The notes under the pieces are model-generated. The model did not search any database and was not told the DNA's origin. It saw only the letters and a list, made by a program, of their open reading frames with translations. The position numbers were made by a program, and so were the translations under genes. From an uncultured Gemmatimonadales bacterium (GTDB lineage Bacteria > Gemmatimonadota > Gemmatimonadetes > Longimicrobiales > RSA9), in contig CAWFKH010000001.1 of NCBI GenBank assembly GCA_963816355.1, positions 448,001-512,000 on the forward strand: a stretch of DNA of 64,000 bases, given 5' to 3'. Of this stretch, positions 37,121 to 44,889 are shown piece after piece; within the stretch, counting starts at the first letter, position 1, and each line of letters starts with the position of its first letter.

Positions 37121-37905
37121 AGGTGCTCTACCTCTACGGCTTCGTTCCGGCCGCGCCGCCGCCCGAGGCGTCGCTTCCGGAAGGGGTGTCGGGGCGGCCC
37201 GTGGAGGTGATCGGCGTCGATCCGGCGTTCTCGGCCGTGGTGTCGTGGGTGGACGAGGCGGAGTTCGCGGGCGAAGCGCTGGAGGCGAGGATTGGGGACC
37301 TGTCGTGGGTGGGCCGCCAGGGGGTCGCGCACGAGCGGGTCGTCTCCCGGCTCGTGGACCTCGGCACCGTTCTGCCCGCGCGGCTGCTCACGCTGTACTC
37401 GGGCGAGCCGGCGTTGCGGGCGGCGATCGACGCGCGTCGCCAGACGCTGCGCCGGGACATCGAGCGGCTGAGCGGCCAGCGGGAGTGGGACCTCCGCTTC
37501 ACCGTGCGGCCGGAGGCGCTGGAGCGCGAAATGGGCGCCGTGTCGGAGGAGATCCGGTCGCTGGACGAGGAGCTGGCTGCGGCGCCGCCCGGCCGTCGCT
37601 ACCTGCTGCAGCGGAAGCGGACGGCGCGCGCGCGGGAGTTGAGCGGCGACGCGGCACTCGAGCTCGTTCGCCGCGTGATCGACGAGGCGCGTGAGATCGC
37701 CACCGCCGCGCGCGTGCTCCCCGCGCCGGACGGCACGCCCGGCGGCGTGGTCCGCACGGCCGCGGTGCTGGTGTCCACAGGCAAGGCGGAAGCGCGTCTG
37801 CGGGAATTTCTTGAGCGGCGCGCGCGCGAACTGGGGACGCACGGGCTCGACATCGAGTTCTCCGGGCCGTGGGCGCCGTACCGCTTCCTCGCGGAGGAGA
37901 CCTGA
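37117..37905 (+). CDS. gvpL: Gas vesicle protein, GvpL/GvpF family
   Basis: LYLYG, AHERVV, TVLPAR and SGPWAPYRF motifs. Confidence 0.85.
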   Translation: MKVLYLYGFVPAAPPPEASLPEGVSGRPVEVIGVDPAFSAVVSWVDEAEFAGEALEARIGDLSWVGRQGVAHERVVSRLVDLGTVLPARLLTLYSGEPALRAAIDARRQTLRRDIERLSGQREWDLRFTVRPEALEREMGAVSEEIRSLDEELAAAPPGRRYLLQRKRTARARELSGDAALELVRRVIDEAREIATAARVLPAPDGTPGGVVRTAAVLVSTGKAEARLREFLERRARELGTHGLDIEFSGPWAPYRFLAEET

Positions 37906-38231
37906 TGAGCGCGTCCGGCGCGGCTCCGGCCGCGGCGATTGCGGAGACGGACCTTCAGCGCCAGATCACGGTCGCGGAGCTGCTCAACCGCGTGCTCGAC
38001 CGGGGCGTGGTGATCACGGGCGACGTCGTGATCAGCGTGGCCGGCGTGGACCTCGTCTACCTTGGCCTGCGCGCCGTGCTCAGCTCGACGGAGACGTTGC
38101 GGGGATCGACGCGGACGCGGCATGCGGTGGGCGCGGAGCGCGCGGTGGCGGCGGGCGATGCGGCGGCGGGCGATGCGGCGGCGGGCGATGCGGCGGGGGC
38201 AGGCGATGCGGCGGCAGGCGAGGAGCGATGA
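37905..38231 (+). CDS. GvpA-family protein (GvpS/GvpM-like)
   Basis: ELLNRVLDRGVVITGDVVISVAGVDLVYLGLR. Confidence 0.85.
   Translation: MSASGAAPAAAIAETDLQRQITVAELLNRVLDRGVVITGDVVISVAGVDLVYLGLRAVLSSTETLRGSTRTRHAVGAERAVAAGDAAAGDAAAGDAAGAGDAAAGEER
38148..38222 (+). repeat. In-frame 15-bp tandem repeat GCGGCGGGCGATGCG (AAGDA)
   Basis: Three exact and two degenerate units read directly. Confidence 0.85.
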
Positions 38232-38905
38232 GCGGCCTGTACCTCTACTGTCTGGTGCCGCCGGAGTGCCGGCCGGCTGGCGTGCGCGGGATCGCGGACG
38301 AGACCGTGGTCGCTCTCGACCTGCACGCTCGCGTATGGGCGTGGGCGGGGCCGCAGGAACGGGCGCCGGAAGTGTCGGTGGCGGCCGCGGAGCGGCACAA
38401 CGGTGTCTCGCTCGCGGCGCTCGCCGCCGGCGTCACGCCGATCCCGCTGCGTTTCGGCCAGTGGATCGCGGATGCGGCGGCGGCGAGAGACGCGCTGGCG
38501 GACGCGGAACGGCTGGCCGCGGCGCTGGATCGCGTGGCGGGCGCGGCGGAGTACGGGGTGCGGGTGCTCGACGAGGCGGCCCTCCGCGAGGTTCCGCGCG
38601 AGCGGCCGACGACGGGGCGGGCGCACCTGGAGAGTCTGGCGGCGCGGCGCCGCTCGGCCGGCGCGGTGCGCGAGAGATCGGCTCCGCTGCTTTCGGCGCT
38701 GCGCGAGGCGGTGGGCGGACTGGTGCGGGAGGAACGAGCGAGGGAGGATGTGCGTGGCGTACGCACCGTGCTGGAGGTGGCGCACCTCGTGCCGCGGGAA
38801 GCGGAGACGGAGTACATGAGCGGAGTGGGCGCGTTGCGACGTCGTTTTCCCGCGCTGCGGTTTCTGTTCACGGGGCCGTGGCCCCCGTACTCGTTCGCCC
38901 CATGA
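38228..38905 (+). CDS. Gas vesicle protein, GvpL/GvpF family (third copy)
   Basis: LYLYC, IPLRFG and TGPWPPYSF motifs. Confidence 0.85.
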   Translation: MSGLYLYCLVPPECRPAGVRGIADETVVALDLHARVWAWAGPQERAPEVSVAAAERHNGVSLAALAAGVTPIPLRFGQWIADAAAARDALADAERLAAALDRVAGAAEYGVRVLDEAALREVPRERPTTGRAHLESLAARRRSAGAVRERSAPLLSALREAVGGLVREERAREDVRGVRTVLEVAHLVPREAETEYMSGVGALRRRFPALRFLFTGPWPPYSFAP

Positions 38906-39246
38906 GCGGGGCGGTCGAGCCGCGGGTGGACGTGGATGCGCCGGAGGCGTTCCTCGCGGAGCTGGAGGAGGTCTCGGCGCGGCTGCCGAAGCGGATCGAC
39001 GCGGACGCGGAGAGCATCGACGTGGGGCTGGCGCGATTGGTGCTAACGCTGATGGAATTGATCCGCCAGGTACTTGAACATCAGGCGATACGCCGCATGG
39101 AGGGGGGACTCCCGCCTGCGGACGTGGAGCGCGTGGGCCTGGCGTTGTTGAGGCTGGAGGAGCGGCTGGAGGAGGTCAAGGCGGTCTTCGGGCTCGACGG
39201 CGAGGAGTTGAACATCGACCTCGGCCCGCTGGGACGACTACTCTGA
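38902..39246 (+). CDS. gvpK: Gas vesicle protein GvpK
   Basis: GLARLVLTLMELIRQVLEHQAIRRME...LNIDLGPLGRLL. Confidence 0.92.
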   Translation: MSGAVEPRVDVDAPEAFLAELEEVSARLPKRIDADAESIDVGLARLVLTLMELIRQVLEHQAIRRMEGGLPPADVERVGLALLRLEERLEEVKAVFGLDGEELNIDLGPLGRLL

Positions 39247-39256
39247 GGAGCGCGCC

Positions 39257-39586
39257 GTGACCGAACGATACGAGCTGGGCCCCGCGCGGTCGCAGGGGCT
39301 GGTCGATGTGCTGGACCGGATCCTGGACAAGGGTCTGGTGATCGCGGGCGATATCCGCGTCCACCTGGCCAATGTGGAGCTGTTGACGATCCAGATCCGC
39401 CTGCTGGTCTGTTCCGTGGACAAGGCGGACGAGATCGGCATGGACTGGTGGCGGACCGATCCCTTCCTCTCGTCGGGGCCGCGGCAGAGGGAAGCGCTGG
39501 ACACGTTGGGGGACCGATTGGGACGAATCGAGGAGAGGTTGGGAGTGATCGAGCAGCAGCGGATTGCACGTCCAACGGGAGAGTAA
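39257..39586 (+). CDS. gvpJ: Gas vesicle protein GvpJ
   Basis: [19 protein letters not shown]...VELLTI...IGMDWW; RBS GAGGAG. Confidence 0.85.
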   Translation: MTERYELGPARSQGLVDVLDRILDKGLVIAGDIRVHLANVELLTIQIRLLVCSVDKADEIGMDWWRTDPFLSSGPRQREALDTLGDRLGRIEERLGVIEQQRIARPTGE

Positions 39587-39587
39587 C

Positions 39588-39881
39588 ATGGCGGTGGAAC
39601 GCACGGCGGCGGGCAGCAGCCTGATCGACGTCCTCGATCGGGTGCTGGACAAGGGGATCGTGATCGACGCCTACGTCCGCGTATCCCTGGTCGGGATCGA
39701 CCTGGTGACGGTGGAGGCACGCATCGTCGTCGCTTCGGTGGACACCTACCTGAAGTACTCGGAGGCGATCGGCGTGACCGGCATCGCGTCGCGGCCGACG
39801 CTGCCGGTCGGCACGTCGGAGCTGGATCGCGTGATGGCCGAGAACGCCGAGCTCCGGAAGCGGCTCGAAGAGCGGGCCTGA
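39588..39881 (+). CDS. gvpA: Major gas vesicle shell protein GvpA
   Basis: [53 protein letters not shown]. Confidence 0.93.
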   Translation: MAVERTAAGSSLIDVLDRVLDKGIVIDAYVRVSLVGIDLVTVEARIVVASVDTYLKYSEAIGVTGIASRPTLPVGTSELDRVMAENAELRKRLEERA

Positions 39882-39884
39882 GCC

Positions 39885-42077
39885 GTGGCCGCAGCGCGTT
39901 CTCCATCGCCACGCTCGGTGCTCGACCGCCTCGCGCGGGCACCGGACTTCGGCGAGGCGTGCGCGGTGCTGTTCCAGGCGGCGAAGGCGCACACGTTCCT
40001 GCGCCGCGCGGTCGTGGTCGTGCGGCTGGAGGAGCGTACGATGGCGTGGGGCTGGAACGCGCGGCGGTCGGAGCTCGCCGCGATCGAGAGCGAGGAATCG
40101 GCCCGGTTGTTTCCGGCGGACCGCGCGTGCTGGACGCGGGTCGAGCCGCTGGCGGAGATGGACCCGGCGTGGGTGTGCGCGTTCGACCCCGGGCCGCGGG
40201 CGGTGGCGGGGGCGATCGTGGTGGACGCGGCGGGGGCCGAGGAGCTGCCGGGCGAGCCCCTGGCGGTGAAGCTGGCGGAGATGGCGGCCGTGGGTGGACC
40301 GCTGCTGGGCCGGCTGGCGTGGGAGGCGGCGGGTGCGGAGCGGCTGCGCGCGCTGGAGGAGCGGATCGCCACGTTGGAGCGGATCCTCGACGGAATCCCC
40401 GATCCGGTCCTGGCGCTGGATGCGGACTCCGTCGTCCGCTACTCGAACGCGCGCGCCGAGCAGATCCTCTTCTCGCTCCCCGACGAGAGTCCGGGCCGCC
40501 GGCGGGCCGTGGAGGTCAACAACCTGCTGTTCAGCTCCTTCCTGGTGCAGGAAGTCGTGGCGGAGCCGGAGACGCGCGAGCTGAACCTGGTCAATCCGCA
40601 GGACGGCAGCGACCTCCTCTTCGAGGTGCTGACGGTGAGACTGCCGTCGGCGGTGCGGGATGCGCGTTCCACCACCGTTTCGATTCTCCGTGACATCACG
40701 GACCTGAAGCGGGCGGTTGGGGAGCTGGAGACGCAGATCCAGCGCTCTCGGCTCGTGGAGCACGACGCGCGGCGGGAGCGCGACCGGCTCAACGTGGTTC
40801 TGGAGAACGTGGCGGACCCGATCCTGGTCACGGACGAGACGTCGAACCTCGTGCTGCTGAACCGGGAGGGGGAGCGGCTCTTCGTGGTCGGCGGCGGCGC
40901 GGCGAAGCCCGCGCGGCGCCGGCTCGTGCACGCCAACGACACGCGCTTCAGCACCCTGATGAACGACTTCCTGCTGCAGCCGGAGCTGCGCCGCCAGGAG
41001 AAGGTCGAGCTGGTCGACCCGGACAGTGGCCGCAGCTTCCCGGCGGAGATCTCGAGCGCGAAGATCCTCAACGCGCGGGGCGAGGCGACGGCGATCGTCA
41101 GCGTGGTGCACGATCTCACGCAGGTGGTCGAGAACGAGCGGCTGGCGACGGAGCTGCGGCACCTGAACGAGGAGCTCGAAGGCCGCGTCGAGCGGGCCAC
41201 CGAGCAGCTCGCAGAGCACAATCGACAGTTGATATGGCAGCGGCGCGAGCTGGAGAAGGCGTCGCGCATGAAGAGTCAGTTCCTCGCGAGCATGAGCCAC
41301 GAGCTGCGCACCCCGATCAACGTGGTGCTCGGCTACACGTCGCTGATGCAGGAGCAGCTCTTCGGCACCCTGACGCCGAAGCAGATCGGTGTGATGGAAC
41401 GCATCCACACCACGTCGAAGCACCTGCTCGAGCTGATCAACGACATCCTCGACCTGTCGCGCATCGAGGCCGGGAAGATGCCGATCCACGTCGAGGAAGT
41501 GGACACCGGGGCGCTGCTCAGCGAGCTGGCGGGGCAGGTGCGGCCGCTGCTGGAGAAGAAGGGGCTCACGCTGACGGTCGAAGCGGACGACCTGCCGGAC
41601 CTGATGACCGACCGTACCAAGCTGATGCAGGTGCTCCTCAATCTGATGTCGAACGCGATCAAGTTCACGCAGCAGGGCGGCGTCGCACTGCGCGCGAGAG
41701 CGGCGGACGAAGGGTGGATCCGCATCACGGTCGAGGACACCGGGATCGGCATCAAGCCGGAGCATTTGAACACGATCTTCGAGGACTTCCGTCAGGTCGA
41801 CCAGTCGCCTTCGCGCGAGTACGGCGGTACCGGTCTCGGCCTGAGCATCACGAAGAAGCTGCTCTCGCTGCTGGGCGGGACGATCGACGTCGATAGCGAG
41901 GTCGGCGTCGGCACCGCCTTCTCGATCGAGGTGCCGCGGCTGGCGCAGACCGGGACGGTCGAGGAGCAGGTCCACCGGGCCACCTTCGAGGCGGACAGCG
42001 CCGTCGTCTCGACCACCGGCACGGGGTCGGCGCCCGACGAGCGCGCTCACGCCGGGGACGGCGACTCTCACGGCTGA
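39885..42077 (+). CDS. Cytoplasmic PAS-PAS histidine kinase
   Basis: Two PAS domains (ending RDIT and HDLT); MSHELRTP, NAIKFT and GGTGLGL motifs; no TM, no receiver. Confidence 0.9.
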   Translation: MAAARSPSPRSVLDRLARAPDFGEACAVLFQAAKAHTFLRRAVVVVRLEERTMAWGWNARRSELAAIESEESARLFPADRACWTRVEPLAEMDPAWVCAFDPGPRAVAGAIVVDAAGAEELPGEPLAVKLAEMAAVGGPLLGRLAWEAAGAERLRALEERIATLERILDGIPDPVLALDADSVVRYSNARAEQILFSLPDESPGRRRAVEVNNLLFSSFLVQEVVAEPETRELNLVNPQDGSDLLFEVLTVRLPSAVRDARSTTVSILRDITDLKRAVGELETQIQRSRLVEHDARRERDRLNVVLENVADPILVTDETSNLVLLNREGERLFVVGGGAAKPARRRLVHANDTRFSTLMNDFLLQPELRRQEKVELVDPDSGRSFPAEISSAKILNARGEATAIVSVVHDLTQVVENERLATELRHLNEELEGRVERATEQLAEHNRQLIWQRRELEKASRMKSQFLASMSHELRTPINVVLGYTSLMQEQLFGTLTPKQIGVMERIHTTSKHLLELINDILDLSRIEAGKMPIHVEEVDTGALLSELAGQVRPLLEKKGLTLTVEADDLPDLMTDRTKLMQVLLNLMSNAIKFTQQGGVALRARAADEGWIRITVEDTGIGIKPEHLNTIFEDFRQVDQSPSREYGGTGLGLSITKKLLSLLGGTIDVDSEVGVGTAFSIEVPRLAQTGTVEEQVHRATFEADSAVVSTTGTGSAPDERAHAGDGDSHG

Positions 42078-42123
42078 GCGCGACCGGCGAGCGGCACCCC
42101 GGATCCCCGCAGGATTCCGGCGC

Positions 42124-44139
42124 ATGCGGACGTTCCCCGCTCTCGGAAGCCGGCTGCGCGCGCGGCGGCCATTCCTTCTCTCGATGCTGGTGCTGCTCGC
42201 GTTCGTGCAGGGCCTGTGGCTCCTCGCCGCCGGCTTCTTCCTGGCGGCCGCGCGAGTGGCGGAGGGACGCGCCTCGCCGGCCACCGCCGTCGCGATCGCG
42301 CTCTCCACGCTGTTCCTCCTGCTGCCCGCCTTCCCCGCTCACCGCCTGTTCGGCCGCAGGCCGTCCATCATGCTCGCCGCTGCCCTCGTCGCGGTGGCGC
42401 GTCTCGCCGCGACGGCGCCGGTGGCGGAAGTCCGGCTCGTCGCGTCCGCGCTCGTGGTCGCGGGCGGCGGCGCGTTCCTGGCCGGGGCGGTCGGCGACTT
42501 CGCACCCAGGATCGTGGTGACCGCGCTGACCACCGCGCTCGTGCTCGACGAGGTGCTCCGCCTCGCGGGGAACAGCTACGACGTGTCGCTGCGGGCGGGG
42601 TGGATCCCGGTGCAGATCGGCCTCACGCTCCTGATCGCCGTGACGCTCGCGCAGTGGGAACGGCCGCCGCACGATGAGGAATCGCCGGGGATGGAGAGAC
42701 GGGCGAGCGGCCTGCGGTTGCGGGGCGCGCTGGCGCTCGGCGGGCTGCTCTTCCTCGAGATGAGCGCGCTCGGCGCCCCCGCCGCGGTCGCGCGCTGGAC
42801 CGGCGCGCCGTACGCGGCCGTGGCGGCGATCCTCGCGGCGACCGGCGCGGCCGTGCTCTTCGTTCAGGCGACGTCGCAGCGGCCGCCCGCAGCGGGTCGT
42901 GGAGCGGCCTTCGCTTTGACGCTGCTCGCGGTGCTCGCGCCGATCGGTGTCACGCTCGCCCCCCCGGGGCTCGCGCGCGCCGCCGGCGGCTGGCCCGCCG
43001 TCGTCGCGTTCGCGGCCGGCCACGCGGCGGCCCTCCTGCTCTTCGTCTGGGTTCTGGCTCCTGCGGGCGGCCGACGCGGAACGGCCACCGCGGTCGGAGG
43101 CATGCTGATGCTGCTTGCCCTGCTGGCGGCGTACACGGCCGGGTATTTCCCCGGCTACACCTTGCCGTTTCTCGCGGGCGCCGCGCCGTGGCTCTTCCTC
43201 AGCGGCGGCGTGATCGTGACCGCGGCGATCCTGCTGATACCGCGTCCGGCCTTCGCGCCGACCGCGATCCGCCGCGCGGCGGCGGCCGCCGGCGCGGCCA
43301 CGCTCGCGCTCGCCGCCGTGGTCGCCGCGGTCGTCGCCGTTCCGGGCGCGCCGGCCGCCGCGGCCGCCCGGCGCCTCGCCGTTCCGGGCGCGCCGGCCAC
43401 GGTCGGTGAGGCGCCGGCCGGCGGTGGGCGGGCGCGGCTGCGCGTCGCGACGTACAACGTGCATTGGGGGGTCCGCGAGGATGGGGTCCTCGATCCCGCG
43501 GCGACGGCGCGGGCGATCGCCGCGGCGGGCGCCGACGTGGTGGCGCTGGAAGAGGTGCCGGCCGGTCTGCCGGTGCTCTACTCGCTCGATCTCGGACGCT
43601 GGCTCGCCGGCCGCCTCGGAATGCGGGCCCGCTTCGCGCCCACGGCCGGCCCGGCGCTGGGCGACCTCCTGCTCTCCCGCCTCCCGATCGATACGCTCGT
43701 CTCCAGGCGCATCAGCCCGCAGGCGGGGGTGGTGGAGCGGGAGCCGGATCCGCGGCAGGTCGCACGCGCCACCGTGCGGGTCGGGCCGCGCGACTCCGTC
43801 GTGTTCTACTTCACCCGCCTCGGTTCGCGGCACGCCGACCGCGCGAGGGAGCTGCCGCCGCTTCTCGCCGCGATCGAGCCCGGTGCGGCGCTGCTGGCCG
43901 GGGACCTGAACGCCGGCCCGGACTCTGATGTGCTACGGGCGCTCGAGGGGCTCGGCTTCCGCGACGCGTTCGCGGAGGCGGGCGCGCCGCCGCAGCCGAC
44001 GTCGCCCGCGCGATCACCCCGTGCCCGCATCGACTGGATCCTCGTGCGCGGTTACGCCGTGGAGCACGCCGGAGTGCTGGACGGAGAGGCGTCCGACCAC
44101 CGCCTCGTCTACGCCACGGTGCGGCTTCGGCCTCGCTGA
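42124..44139 (+). CDS. Polytopic membrane protein fused to an EEP (endonuclease/exonuclease/phosphatase) domain
   Basis: More than 10 hydrophobic segments, then ATYNVH, ALEE, GDLN, IDWI and SDH motifs. Confidence 0.82.
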   Translation: MRTFPALGSRLRARRPFLLSMLVLLAFVQGLWLLAAGFFLAAARVAEGRASPATAVAIALSTLFLLLPAFPAHRLFGRRPSIMLAAALVAVARLAATAPVAEVRLVASALVVAGGGAFLAGAVGDFAPRIVVTALTTALVLDEVLRLAGNSYDVSLRAGWIPVQIGLTLLIAVTLAQWERPPHDEESPGMERRASGLRLRGALALGGLLFLEMSALGAPAAVARWTGAPYAAVAAILAATGAAVLFVQATSQRPPAAGRGAAFALTLLAVLAPIGVTLAPPGLARAAGGWPAVVAFAAGHAAALLLFVWVLAPAGGRRGTATAVGGMLMLLALLAAYTAGYFPGYTLPFLAGAAPWLFLSGGVIVTAAILLIPRPAFAPTAIRRAAAAAGAATLALAAVVAAVVAVPGAPAAAAARRLAVPGAPATVGEAPAGGGRARLRVATYNVHWGVREDGVLDPAATARAIAAAGADVVALEEVPAGLPVLYSLDLGRWLAGRLGMRARFAPTAGPALGDLLLSRLPIDTLVSRRISPQAGVVEREPDPRQVARATVRVGPRDSVVFYFTRLGSRHADRARELPPLLAAIEPGAALLAGDLNAGPDSDVLRALEGLGFRDAFAEAGAPPQPTSPARSPRARIDWILVRGYAVEHAGVLDGEASDHRLVYATVRLRPR

Positions 44140-44326
44140 TTCGCGCCGGTCCGGCCGCAGCGCCGGGAAGCGCGGCGGGCGTCCGTGGCCGATCCGCACC
44201 CGTGCGGAGGAAATCGGGTCGTACAGGGTTGCGTGCGTCTGGGTCCCCCCCCAAATTGCCGCGCCGCGAACCCCGGGGGGCGTACGAGGGGCGCGGTACG
44301 AGCTCAATCTTCAGACAGGTACGCGG

Positions 44327-44851
44327 ATGTCTCGAGTGAAGTGGATGGTACTCGCGCTCGTCGCGGTCGCGGCGCTCGCGGGCACGGGTATCCTCGCCGC
44401 GAAGATCGGCCCGGCCGGCGCGCAGGAGCCCCAGCCGATCAACTTCTATCACAGCGTGCACGCGGGGACGAACCAGATCCCGTGCATGTACTGCCACTAC
44501 AGCGCGGAGCGCTCGGTGGACGCGGGGATCCCATCGGTCCGCGTGTGCGCGGGCTGTCACTTGCCGGGCGGCGTGCCGATGGTTGCGAAGGACTCGGCGG
44601 GGGTGAAGACGCTGGCGGCCTACTGGGCGAAGAAGGAGCCGATCCCGTGGGTCCGGATCCACAAGCTCCCGGACTACGTCCATTTCCCGCACATGATGCA
44701 CCTGAACGCCGGGCTGCAGTGCCAGCAGTGCCACGGCCCCGTGGAGACGATGCAGGAAGTCACCCAGGTCGCGAGCCTGCGCATGGGCTGGTGCGTGAGC
44801 TGTCATCGTCAGAACAACGTCCGGACCGACTGCACGGTTTGCCACCACTGA
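44327..44851 (+). CDS. actA: Alternative complex III pentaheme cytochrome c
   Basis: QPINFYHSVH; five CxxCH (CMYCH, CAGCH, CQQCH, CVSCH, CTVCH). Confidence 0.9.
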   Translation: MSRVKWMVLALVAVAALAGTGILAAKIGPAGAQEPQPINFYHSVHAGTNQIPCMYCHYSAERSVDAGIPSVRVCAGCHLPGGVPMVAKDSAGVKTLAAYWAKKEPIPWVRIHKLPDYVHFPHMMHLNAGLQCQQCHGPVETMQEVTQVASLRMGWCVSCHRQNNVRTDCTVCHH

Positions 44852-44889
44852 GCGACGGAGTCGATGCGCGGGATGGGCAAAGGAGTTCG

